From positions 1 to 56,325 of IMG/VR virus record IMGVR_UViG_3300044233_001555: 56,325 bases of DNA; one strand, 5' to 3'. The notes beneath the pieces were generated by a model. The model ran no database searches and had not been told where the DNA came from. It saw only the letters and a list, made by a program, of their open reading frames with translations. The position numbers were made by a program, and so were the translations under genes. Numbering within the stretch: the first letter of the stretch is position 1; the number at the start of each line of letters is the position of its first letter. The stretch is from a virus. Taxonomy: Duplodnaviria; Caudoviricetes. Of this stretch, positions 1 through 11,200 are shown piece after piece.

Positions 1-852
1 GTGTTTGGAAGAAACAACACGTTTATTCTTTACGGAACTTCTAGAAGTGACTGGAACCTAACTCAGTTTTATACTGGAACGGGGGCGGTAAAGAATACAG
101 TAGAAAAAATACAAACAACTATATTTTTAGATGACAGAGGCATTGTTTCTTTAGGCTCCACTCTTAACTACGGAGACTTTAAACAAGCAGTTATATCAGA
201 AAAAATTGATCCTCTTGTACAGAAATACAAAAACAGAGTTGTTACTTCATTAAGAGTAAGAGACAAGAATCAATACAGGCTTTACTTTAATGATAAGACT
301 GGCATTGCTATGACTTTTATAAACGGTAAGAACATGGGTATGTTGCCGTTTAGTTTAAATGATCAAATTGTTTGCGCTGTTTCTGGCGAAGATTCTAATG
401 GAGATGAAGTTCTTTATGGAGGATTTGATGATGGGTACATTAGGAAAATAGACTCAGGAACATCTCTTGATGGTCAAACAGTTCAATCTTTTGTGCGGCT
501 TGCTTACCATCATTACGGTACTCCACAAAGAAAGAAAAGATTTAGAGAAATATTACTAGAGTTGAACGCTGATACTAACACAACCCTTACCATACAACCA
601 GAGTACAACTATGGTGATGGCACTGTGCCTACTACATCTGACTACACCATATCTGTTACTAACGATGAGTGGACTGTAGATGATGTTTATAGCGACACTT
701 TAGGTGTTGCTGTTGTTGATAAAGCAAGGGCAAGAATAAATGGTGTTGGAGAAACAATGGGAATAATTATTAAAAATGAATCTATATACGACAAGCCAGT
801 TACATTGCAAGGTGCTGTTGTTCAGTATTCATCAAGAGGATTAAAGAGATGA
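1..852 (+). CDS. Tail nozzle / DNA stabilisation protein, C-terminal part (P22 gp10 / T7 gp12-like), 5'-truncated
   Basis: Open from the window edge; beta-rich; C-terminal 'YGTPQRKKRFREILLE' resembles podoviral nozzle proteins; lies before the ejection genes. Confidence 0.65.
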   Translation: MFGRNNTFILYGTSRSDWNLTQFYTGTGAVKNTVEKIQTTIFLDDRGIVSLGSTLNYGDFKQAVISEKIDPLVQKYKNRVVTSLRVRDKNQYRLYFNDKTGIAMTFINGKNMGMLPFSLNDQIVCAVSGEDSNGDEVLYGGFDDGYIRKIDSGTSLDGQTVQSFVRLAYHHYGTPQRKKRFREILLELNADTNTTLTIQPEYNYGDGTVPTTSDYTISVTNDEWTVDDVYSDTLGVAVVDKARARINGVGETMGIIIKNESIYDKPVTLQGAVVQYSSRGLKR

Positions 853-1937
853 CAGATTCTTCAGATTTTGCCGCACAAAGACAAAAAGAAATTGATGAGG
901 CAAATAAAAATCCTCGCTCTGCTAACTTTACCACTCCCTCTGGCGCTCAAGGAGTAACTAATCCTAAGTTTGCACAATACGCAGAACGATACCCTGATTT
1001 AAAAGCAGACTACGAAAAAAATTGGAAAGCAAAAGGAGTTAGTCTTGCTGAGTATGGGGCTTCTCATTATTCAAGTTATGGTAAAAATGAAGGTCGTTTG
1101 TTATCTGGCCCTGCAAAAAAAGAATCTTCTGGGCCGCCAAGTTCTGGGTTTAGACAAACAACAACAGCAACACCAGCACCAGTACAAGCACCGCCAGAAA
1201 TTGCATACGAAGGGCCAGCGCCTCCAGACCTTAGTAATTTTGACCCTACTCCTGTTGGAATATCAGCAGTAGAGCCTTTGTTGTCTGAAGTTGTTACGGA
1301 GGGGCCAAGATCAGAAGTTGTTGCAAACAGAGTTGCTTCTTTAGTTGACACAAACAGTCCTGTGTTTAGGGCGGCGGCAGGGCAAGCAATGAGAGCAATG
1401 AATGCCAGAGGTCTTGCAAACTCTAGTATGGCTCAAGAAGCAGTAATGGATGCTGTTTTAAAAGTTGCTGTTCCTATTGCTATGGCTGATGCACAAACTT
1501 TTAGCAGACAAAGAATGCTAAACCAAGGAACTAGCAATGAGTTTCGTGCCGCGCAAAACGCTTCCTTTTACGGACAGATGGAGGCTAGGCTATCAGGCGC
1601 AATTAACGAAACTTTGCAACACATTGCAGGTGGGTATTCCCTTACTCAGGCAAAGATAAACGATGTTACAAAAAGATATGTTGCAGATTTAAGTGCTGAC
1701 ACAACCAGATTTACTGCCATGTTAAGTGCTGACACTCAAAAATATGTTGCAGACCTTCAATACTCTCTTGGGATGGAAGGCATACAAGTAGATGCGGCAA
1801 ATATAATGGGTTCTATTAATGATAATTTAGATGCTACTTCTTACATATGGGATATGATTTTTGGAGACAATGTTAATCCGGCAGATTGGGCAGAAACTTG
1901 GGTTGATTCTTTTGAGCCATTAACGGGCAGTCAATGA
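849..1937 (+). CDS. Putative internal virion / DNA ejection protein
   Basis: Follows the nozzle gene with an ATGA overlap; Ala/Gln-rich helical 'MNARGLANSSMAQEA' segment; 11-residue repeats. Confidence 0.55.
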   Translation: MTDSSDFAAQRQKEIDEANKNPRSANFTTPSGAQGVTNPKFAQYAERYPDLKADYEKNWKAKGVSLAEYGASHYSSYGKNEGRLLSGPAKKESSGPPSSGFRQTTTATPAPVQAPPEIAYEGPAPPDLSNFDPTPVGISAVEPLLSEVVTEGPRSEVVANRVASLVDTNSPVFRAAAGQAMRAMNARGLANSSMAQEAVMDAVLKVAVPIAMADAQTFSRQRMLNQGTSNEFRAAQNASFYGQMEARLSGAINETLQHIAGGYSLTQAKINDVTKRYVADLSADTTRFTAMLSADTQKYVADLQYSLGMEGIQVDAANIMGSINDNLDATSYIWDMIFGDNVNPADWAETWVDSFEPLTGSQ

Positions 1938-2383
1938 TAAGAACTGCTAAAAATAAAGATATAAAACAAATATCAAATGTTGTAAAAGAAGCACACAAAT
2001 TATCAATTTCAAATACAGTTCCATTAGACGAGAAGACTCTAGAAAAGAATCTTCAGATATGTATCTTATCAAGAGAACATTTAGTTAACGTTGTTGATCT
2101 TGGAACAATAGAAGGTGTGTTCATAGGAGTGACCAACCAACTATGGTACTCCAGAAAAAAACAAGCGGCTGATCTTTTCTTTTACGTTACTAAAGATGGT
2201 AAAGGTTGGGGGGCTTCTTTGTTAAGAAGGTATATCCAATGGGCTAGGATGAATCCGGGCGTTGCTGAAATAAGCATGGGAGTTAGTTCTGGCATTGGTG
2301 ATATAGAGCGAACATGTAAGTTATACGAAAGAATGGGAGCGGTAAGGACAGGCAATAACTTTGTCTTGCCAAAGGAGAAATAA
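1934..2383 (+). CDS. GNAT-fold acetyltransferase-like virion assembly protein
   Basis: 'FFYVTKDGKGWGASLLRRYIQWA' and 'KLYERMG' match GNAT motifs A and B; typical position in a podoviral tail/ejection module. Confidence 0.7.
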   Translation: MIRTAKNKDIKQISNVVKEAHKLSISNTVPLDEKTLEKNLQICILSREHLVNVVDLGTIEGVFIGVTNQLWYSRKKQAADLFFYVTKDGKGWGASLLRRYIQWARMNPGVAEISMGVSSGIGDIERTCKLYERMGAVRTGNNFVLPKEK

Positions 2384-3580
2384 ATGGGAAGTGTAGTTAA
2401 ATCTATAGGAAAAGTATTTAAGAAAATAGGCCGCGCTATTAAAAAAGTTGCTCCTTTGATTCTTGTTGCCGCCGCCGCTTACGTAGGATACGGATACGCT
2501 ACAGGCTTTACTGGGGGTGGTTGGCCCAGAATAACTCAGTGGGGTAAGTCTTTAATGAGCGGCATAAGGGGAGGCAACACAATCTCCCAAGCCGCATCTC
2601 AGGCAAGCCAGTCATTTGGACAGGTTGCTTCAAATGTTGCTCCTACAAGTGTTCCTATGGACCCCGGTATGGGGCCGGGAGGAGCCAGTGAGTTTGCTTC
2701 TCAAGGTTTGTTAGGTGCAAGCCAACCCGGATTTCTTGAAAGAGCAGGAACTGCTGTTCTAGATACGCTTGTTCCTCCTGCGGGAGCATCTGATAGCCCT
2801 TACACAGCGGTTCAGGGCTTAGAAGAAATGTTTAAGGTTGATCCTGAAAACAACCCAAGTCTTTTGGAATATTTATCACAGATTGGGTCAGACACTGCGC
2901 CTATGCCGTCAGGGTTATCAGCAATTGATCAAGGTCTGACAGCAAGAGACATAAGAGGAAGGCCACCATCACTTTACGAGGCTCTGTTTAATCCCGCCGA
3001 AGAACAACTTGTTCAAGCACAGGCATCTGGAGGAGTTCCTTTAGCAAACCCTAACGCATACGTAGACGTTGGTTTAGGAGCAGATTATCAGCAAGCAACA
3101 TCAACGTTAGACCCAATAGTAGTCAATGAATATTCATCAGGTGGTAGTAATGTAACAACAGATGTAGCAACAGGTGCGGCAACAAACAATCCTGCTAGTA
3201 CTCCTAACATGAGGACGTTCACATCAACAGGATTTTCCGATATTAGAACTTTACCTAATCAGACCTTGTTTAACAAAGGTAACATGGTAGCAAAAGCCTC
3301 TAACACTTGGAGAAATATCGCAGGTCTTGCGGGTGACAAAATAAAAGAGGCGGCGGCATGGTATAAAAATTTGTGGGCAAGTGATCCACTAGTAGCAATG
3401 TATGGTACTCAAAAAATAGCAGAAATGATGCTTACATTTCTTGACAAAAGCGCAGAAAAAGAAGCCGAAGCAAAAGCCGCTGTAGCAGGATTTCCTCGTA
3501 GGTCTTTTAGTGATGTTATGAAAAGCAATAGAGCGGCAAGGAGAAGGGGCGCTAGTCATACGGGAGGGTTATTGGCATGA
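2384..3580 (+). CDS. Putative DNA ejection (pilot) protein
   Basis: Basic amphipathic N-terminus followed by a hydrophobic Gly/Ala-rich segment; AGGAG RBS; position in the ejection module. Confidence 0.55.
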   Translation: MGSVVKSIGKVFKKIGRAIKKVAPLILVAAAAYVGYGYATGFTGGGWPRITQWGKSLMSGIRGGNTISQAASQASQSFGQVASNVAPTSVPMDPGMGPGGASEFASQGLLGASQPGFLERAGTAVLDTLVPPAGASDSPYTAVQGLEEMFKVDPENNPSLLEYLSQIGSDTAPMPSGLSAIDQGLTARDIRGRPPSLYEALFNPAEEQLVQAQASGGVPLANPNAYVDVGLGADYQQATSTLDPIVVNEYSSGGSNVTTDVATGAATNNPASTPNMRTFTSTGFSDIRTLPNQTLFNKGNMVAKASNTWRNIAGLAGDKIKEAAAWYKNLWASDPLVAMYGTQKIAEMMLTFLDKSAEKEAEAKAAVAGFPRRSFSDVMKSNRAARRRGASHTGGLLA

Positions 3581-4080
3581 TAGGGCAAGGAAACACTCAA
3601 CCCGCAACTGAAGAAGAAAAACAACAGGCGCAAATTATTATGCAAAATATTGAACAATATTTTGAAGATGAAAAAGCCTACCAGAATATAGTAGAAAAAA
3701 TTAGTCAAGGTGGCGATGACCCTGCACCCATGATAGGCGCTGTTGTTGGTCAGTTGCTACATTTTCAAATGGTTTCTGCAAGAGGGGCAGGGGTAGAAAT
3801 ATCTAGGGACATTCTTATTCCTATTGCCGCTGAAGTTGTAAACGCTATTATAGAAATAGCGGTAACAGAAGGGCTTATTACTATTCAAGATGAGTCTCAA
3901 CTTGAGCAGATACAAGGAGATGCAATGATATCTGCTGTTGATGCTTACATGACTCTTGGAGATAACGGAGTTAACCAAGAAAACGCCGCACAGTTTACTC
4001 AGAATGCTATGCAAGGTGGTATGGATGATCCGCAAGCCCAACAAGGAATGATCAATAACATGGTTGGAGGTGCGATATGA
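3577..4080 (+). CDS. Hypothetical protein (acidic, Gln-rich)
   Basis: ATGA overlaps on both sides; GGAGG RBS. Confidence 0.6.
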   Translation: MIGQGNTQPATEEEKQQAQIIMQNIEQYFEDEKAYQNIVEKISQGGDDPAPMIGAVVGQLLHFQMVSARGAGVEISRDILIPIAAEVVNAIIEIAVTEGLITIQDESQLEQIQGDAMISAVDAYMTLGDNGVNQENAAQFTQNAMQGGMDDPQAQQGMINNMVGGAI

Positions 4081-5225
4081 GTACAGCAGGCAGATTACTA
4101 AGTGCGCTTCAAGGCCCCGGCAACGATTTAATTACAGGTTTGTTAGGAGTTCGTGAGCAGGCCAAAGCAACCGATCTAGAGAATAGAAAGTTTAACCTTT
4201 TGTTAGCACAAGCACAGTCTGAAGCAAATGCTTCATCTCGTAAGTTAACTTCTGAAGCACTTGGTACTCAATACAAAGCCGCTCAAGAGTTTTACAACAC
4301 TTTAATGGCAAGTGATGATAAATCTTCTAATGAGTTTAAAGTTTTTGCGGATCGTGCTTGGTCTAACCTTAAAGAAATTGAAAACACATACAATAAATTT
4401 CATGGAATTTCAACTCTTCCTCAATTAAGTGCAATGAAAATTTTTCAACATGAGATATCTATTCTTCCAGAAGGAAAGGCATCTTGGAATGATTCTCTTC
4501 TTGAGGCCATGAAAAGAAAGCCTCAATATGCAGATGTGCAAGAAGATGTGTGGAAAGGAGTTGAAGTGATATGGAAAGCAAGCCAACCTAAAGCAAAAGA
4601 GTCTGATAAAAAAGCCGCAGATAATTTCTTGCAATCGGAAGACATTATGCCATTTTTGCCTAACCCAGAAGGCAAAACGCTTGATGAATTAATACCTTCA
4701 GTAGAAGACCTTAAAAAGTTTGAAGAGGGAGGAACGCTTTTAGAAAGGTTTGGAGAATTTCTTGTTCCTTCAGCAGGCGCGGCAGAAATTCCAACAGGAG
4801 AAACATCACAGTTAATTCCAAACAGTGCTGTTCAAGAACTCCAAAGTTTAGACCAAAAATCTATTGGCACTGGTACTGGAGGCATGTTGTCTTTTAATAG
4901 GGAAGATATTCTTGGGATGCCGAAAACAGTAGATCAAGTGGAACAATTTCTTAGGCAATATCAAACATATTTAGCAGAGTTTGGAGAAGACCAAGCAGAA
5001 GAATTATTGGAAGCACAGTTCCAAACTTTAGACCCATTAGCACAAGAAGAAATTTTAAAAATACTATCTCCAGATGAAACTCCGATTGAGACTCCTACGA
5101 GTCAGATTCCGGCAAGGTTTTTGAGAGATTTATCGGATACTTTTAAATACATGATAACAGGTAATCCTTATGAAGAGGGGATGTTCGGTAGTCAAAAGCG
5201 TAGACATTATGGGCCTAAATTTTAA
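4077..5225 (+). CDS. Putative internal virion protein
   Basis: 382-aa ORF with GGAGG RBS directly before the giant virion protein. Confidence 0.5.
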   Translation: MSTAGRLLSALQGPGNDLITGLLGVREQAKATDLENRKFNLLLAQAQSEANASSRKLTSEALGTQYKAAQEFYNTLMASDDKSSNEFKVFADRAWSNLKEIENTYNKFHGISTLPQLSAMKIFQHEISILPEGKASWNDSLLEAMKRKPQYADVQEDVWKGVEVIWKASQPKAKESDKKAADNFLQSEDIMPFLPNPEGKTLDELIPSVEDLKKFEEGGTLLERFGEFLVPSAGAAEIPTGETSQLIPNSAVQELQSLDQKSIGTGTGGMLSFNREDILGMPKTVDQVEQFLRQYQTYLAEFGEDQAEELLEAQFQTLDPLAQEEILKILSPDETPIETPTSQIPARFLRDLSDTFKYMITGNPYEEGMFGSQKRRHYGPKF

Positions 5226-5271
5226 TTAAAAAATAGTCTGAAGCCTTTGCCTAAGACTAAGAGAGAGAACT

Positions 5272-8200
5272 ATGGTTGAATACTACAGAGAAGGTGCGCC
5301 TGTAGGCCAAGAAGCGCCTACAGATACAAGAACCGCAGAAGAAATACTTTTACAAAGTCCCGGTATTCAAGCAGGTCAAGCAATACATACGCTTTTGCCT
5401 CCTGAAAGAAGCGATGCAAGCCTAGCCTTTTCTAAAGGTAAACGACTTTTATCAGGCTCTGCTGAAGTAACCTTCAAAGGATTTACAGGGGAGTTCTTAA
5501 AACAACTTGGGCTAGAAGAAGCGGGTCAAACTTGGTTAAGTGATGCTTACATGTCCGGCATCCTTATGGGTATGGATGTCAACGAAATTGACGAGCAACT
5601 TAAAGGCCCTAAAAATCTAGGCGAGATTGAAGATTGGAAAGGCGCTATTGCTTGGGGTGTTAATGCAGTAGCAGAACAAGTACCTAACCTTGTAACCACA
5701 TTTGCTCCTGCTATTGTGGGAACTTTGCTAACAAGAAATCCTATGATGTTTGCAGGCAGAGCAGGCTCTATAGGGAAAGGAGTTACCTACGTAGGAACAT
5801 TAGGGACAATAGACTTCCTTAATACCGCTGAAGTCTACACTGACTTACTCATGGAAACTACTCAAAGCAGACCCGCTGTTGCGGCGGCTACTGGAACCTT
5901 GATGAGTTCGTTAGATATGCTTGTTCCTTTTGCAGTTATAAAAAGAATGGGCAAAGGCCCAGATTTTTCAAGTTGGCTTGGCAAAAAACTTAAAGACCCC
6001 AAAAGCAGACTCGCGGTTGGTCTTGGTACGGCTATAGGCACTGGTGTTAGTGAAGGCACTTTTGAATATGTCCAAACCATGATGGAAGGCGCGGCCCTCA
6101 ACTACGTTCAGGAGAAAGACATTCTCACTGAATATTCAGAAGCCCAAAGAGAAGAGCAACTAGAAGCAGGTGCTAGGGGCGCTCTTATTGGAACCCTCCT
6201 TGGTATACCAGTATCCTACTCTGGCAGATCAGCCAGAAAAAAAGCAAAAGACTACACACAAAACATAATTGATAAAACTCAACAGAGTATTGTCGAATCT
6301 AACGAGGCGCTAAACGCCCAAGATCAGGTTGATTTTAACAGTAGGAATTTACCTGTTCCTATTGCAGGCACTGCACAAGGATTACTTGGAGAGTTTAATA
6401 ACGCAAAAACTATCGAGCAGTTAGACTTAAGTTTGCCACAACCTGAATCGGCAGAAAGTATTTTTGAAGAAGATATTTCTCAGCCAGAATACATGCAATA
6501 TGTAAGAACAGGAGAGATTGCACCACAACGCCTGTATCGTATAGCAAGAAAAATTTCAAGGAATGAAGAACTAAGTCCTATTGAACTTTCTATTTACGGC
6601 GGCAATAGACCTCAGATAGAAAGTGTTCTGGTAGACATTCAGAATAAAAATAGGCAAGAAAAAATATTAAAGCAAGCAATTGCTAAAACTAAAGCAGGTA
6701 ACATTGCCGCAATACTAAACAGAGATAGCGTGTCCATTCCAGAACTGGATACGTTGGCTAGGCTTGGTAGCCCTTCTCAAATTGCACAAGAGGAAGGACA
6801 AAAACGCCAACTGTTTAGAAGGATGACAGGCCCGCAAAGGCTTCCTGCTCCTGACGCTCCTGTAGATAGAAGTGAACCACTTACAGGGCCACCTGTTGTT
6901 GAGAGAGGGCAAACAGGTGTTAGGAGAGTGCCAACAGAAACAACTCAAGATATTTTATCTGATCTTGAGTATGGGCCTAAAGGAAAACAGACTGCCAGAA
7001 CCAAGATGACTGCACTTGGTTGGAATGTTACTGGGGAAACTCCTGCTATAAACAAAACTGCTAGGAAGGAGCCTGCTTTTGAAGGAGACACAGATTTAAC
7101 AAGAACAATTAAAAAGACAAAGGCAGGGCCTTACGACTTTACATATATATATGAAACAGAAAATCATATCCTAAAAAAAGAGGATGGCCTTAAAAAATCT
7201 TTCTGGGAAATTACTGATAAAAAAACTGGCAAGGTAATTGACCGCGCTTTTGGCGAGGGAGGAATGAAGTTTCTTGCTGAAAAATATGAAAGCAGGCCTG
7301 TTGATGTTGTACAAAAAAGAGAACGAGAAGAGCAACAAAGGGAAGTTGTAGGCATTTCATTTGAGCAGGCTATGTCTGAGAAAGGGCTTCTTGAGGTAGG
7401 AAAAGGGGATCAGGTAAGGTTCTACCGAAGAAATCCAGAAACTGGTAAGTGGTACTACCCAGACAATACCATATATTTACTACTGGAAAAGCCTACTGCT
7501 AAAGTTCCAAAGAACTTAAAAGGAAAGCAGTTCACTGTAAATTCTCCGATATACGTTACTTACAAACTAAGAAATCTTTCTACGAATGAGGAAGGAACGG
7601 CGACGATACCTCCTACAGAAGAAAACGTTAGGCTAGTTTTACGTCAGCAAGGCGCTTGGAAATATCCTAAATTTTTTGGTGAGCCAGTAACAGAGATAGA
7701 GGCCTTAGTTGAAGAAGCAGGCGATGATCTTTCAACTGAGTTAACCGAAGCAGATTTAGCCAGTCTTCCAAAGAAGGACAGGGAACGACTTGCCGAAACA
7801 ATAACAGTAGACGATTTACAGAAATACACTGACGAAGGAAGAAAGCAAGAGACACTTCAAAGAATTTCTGAATTCTACGATAGGCTAGAAAATGATATAG
7901 CATTTAGAGAAGAAATTGAAGATGCTATTACTAGGGTTAGTATAACAAGGCAGGCTCTTGAGGCTACCGGAGAGAAAAGGTACAGGCCATTTGCTAAACG
8001 AGAAGCAAAAATCCAGACAGCATTTCCTGCTGTTGGCGACAACCTTAACCTGTTATCTAAAAGTAGCATGGAGGCTGTTGAAGAATGGATAGACAATTCG
8101 TTTACGGTTTACATTCGCAAAAACGAATTACCTTCCGCAACAAAAAGCGCAGAAGAAGAAAGAGCCGCAACAAAAGATTTACAGAATGTCGATGTAAACA

Positions 8201-11200
8201 AACTGGTTGCTAAAGGAGAAGCGGATAGGCAATCCACTGATCTTGAAGAGGGAATTGATGAAGCAGGCCCTGCTAAAACTCCTGAAGAAGCAGAAAGAAA
8301 AGCAGAAGAAGCAGGTGAAATTGCAAGAATAACTGAACAGCAGTTTAGAGATGATGTCTATGTAAAAAAGACTTACAAGACAGATGAGACTCTTTATGAA
8401 GTATTTGGAAAAACGGACGCTGAAGTAACCAAAATAAGGGCCGCAGTTAAAAGGGCTATAACTGGCAGATTAGACAGAAGGCAAAAGGGTAAAGTCAGGT
8501 TTATTAAAAAACCTGAAACAGAGAGGGATGACGTACAAATAGATACTCTAGACCCCGAAACTGGTGAAAGGCCAACACCTGAAACAACCAGAGTAAAGGT
8601 TCGCCCTTCAGTAGCAAAAGAGAAAGGGCTAGAGGAAGGTGTTTTCTATCCTTGGGAAGACATTGGCACAGTGCCTCAATGGAACACTGCCAAGGGTGAT
8701 CTCAGTAATGCCTACCTTAAGGTGGCAGGCCAGTTGGTTCTTAAGACTGACATCATTGGAGTAGAGCAACGAGCGCCTACCAAACAACTAAGACAGGCTA
8801 ACTTTATAGAGGTTGTAACTCCAGACACGATACCTAATCCAGAAACAGTTGACAAAGTATTTGTTGACAGAAGGACTGGGGTGACTGTAGTAAAAAGAAA
8901 AAAGGATGAGGACGTAGAGTTCGATCCTGCAATGTTGTCTCCTATTTCTGATGTCGAAGTGTACATTACCTTTACCAATAAGCAGGAGCATGAGGCAAAA
9001 GTAGAAGCCCTTAGAGATGCTCTGATGCCAATGGCTAGGGAAACGGAAGGAAAGGTTAGGCCAATCAAGCGTGTTGTAAACACAACCGATAATAAAAAGT
9101 TTCTTACTACTGATCTAGCCCAGTCACTACGTGGAGGCAGGGTTACTGCTGTTGTTAAGCCTAATGTTTTGTATAGGGTAAACAAGATTAGAAAGTCTAA
9201 GGGTCTTAAGCCTATAAAGGATTTTAAGTTTCCATTTGAGGTAAGCCAACATTCGCTCCGTTCTTATGCTATACCTAAAGGAATTGAAAGAGGGGTGGGG
9301 ATAAAAGAATTCGGCACTTTGCCTTTTTTTGGAAAAGGTAGAAAGGGCTTTATTAATATTTCTGACGGCAGTAACATCATTACGATTAGTGCTGACTCTG
9401 TACTAGAGGCTACTCAAACAGCAGTTGTGCCTGAACTTATTGGTGCTATGGCAAGTTATGAAGCCTTGGTAGAAGCAGGGCCAGAGAGAGGCTCTCGACT
9501 AGTCGCTTCTTACAATCTGTCTCCTGTTAGCAGGAAGGGAGACATACCGAAATACAATGAATTTGTAGACGCTGTGTTTGGCGAGACTGCACATCGTTAT
9601 GGAATGTTTGGTACAGACAGGGAACGTTTACAAAAAGCCAGATCAGAATCTTTATCTGAAAACATAGGCAATAAAGCAATGTTTGAGATGTACGATGGAT
9701 CTGTTGTTTCTGGCGTTATCTCTTATGTCAACGCTAACAGCGTAGGGATAAAGGTAGATGGAAAACTTACTGGGTTTGATGTTCTTAACTACCAAAGAGT
9801 TCAGGTAGTAAGGCCAGAGAAACCTATAGAAGTAAGAGAGGGCGCTCCTATTGAAGACATTGGTCGCCCAGATAGTATGCTTACTTACTATCCATTTAAA
9901 GAAGAGACAGTAGATGTAGAGCGTGTACCTGTGTTTGGAAGTGCTGTATCAGATGAGCAAACTATTGTAAGAGTGTATTACTCAAAGTTAAATAATACAT
10001 ATAGTGTTTCTGTTGATGGCACAAAAGACCTTGAGGGTGCTACTGCTGACCAAACCGCCGCTTTCCTAAACAACCTAGACAAAGTAACAGAAGGGGAATT
10101 CAAAGTACGCAAACTTCCCGAAGGATTAAAGAGAGAAGTTCGTAGAACTATACTAAGGAAAAAGGATGTTAAAGTTTCTGTTCCCCCTGATCCTCTTTCA
10201 GGAGTAGAGGTTCGTTATAAGTACAGCCCCGGAAAAGAGGAGGCTGAGTTAGGCATAACTACAATGCCTATTGCTGAACCAGAACTTTCCAAAAAGGTAA
10301 AAGATTTAAGGGCGAGTGGAAAATCGTTCAGTTCTATTGCTAAAAAGTTAGGCATAAGCATTGAAAAAGCACAATCTGTTTTTGAAGTAACGACAAGGGA
10401 TGACTTGATCACACCGGAAATTGCGGAAAAATATGGTGCAGTCCTGTCTGATCCAGATGCCGCAAAGAAACTGGCTGATGATACTGAAACACAAAAGGCC
10501 GCTCAAGAAGTTGTAGATAAAGTAGCAGAGATGGAAGAAGCCAACAGGAAGAAACGAGAAGAGCAAGCCGCTCCTGTTGAAACTACACCTGCAACTACTA
10601 AAAACTTTACTCCCGAACAATTTTACAAAGGGCCTCCACTAAAGTCTGGGAAAGAAGCCTTTGATGTGCTAATCCAAGAAAGAGACAGGCGCAAGTCTGA
10701 GAGTCCTAGAAAACAATTTAGGATTGAGGTTGATTTAAATAGTCTCAACTCATTTGGGTTGCCTTCCATTAAAAAAATTCAACTTTTATACAGCCCAATC
10801 TTAAGAAGACAGCCCGGATTTAAAATTGTTCGGAGTGCGACAACAACCTTATATTCAGATGGTCGAAAGGTTTCTTTTGATTTTGTCAAAAAGATTGCGC
10901 CTGTTGAAGTTGTAACTGAACCTGATGCTCCTACTACAGAAGAAGCATTAATGGATGATCTCATTGATGAATCATTTGAAGAAGAAAGACAAACTACAGA
11001 TGATGTTCCTACAGACCCTGAACAGGTAGTTGCTAAACCTATAACAGGTGATACTCCTTTTGTTAGAATGGATTTAGGACAAAGTTTTGAGGACAAGTAT
11101 GGAGGCAAGTGGAAAGTAACAGAAAAGGTAAGTAACGTTGTTTACGTGCAGTTTACTGGAGGAAAAGCGCCAGACTTAAAGTTTCAAGCAATTGTACACG

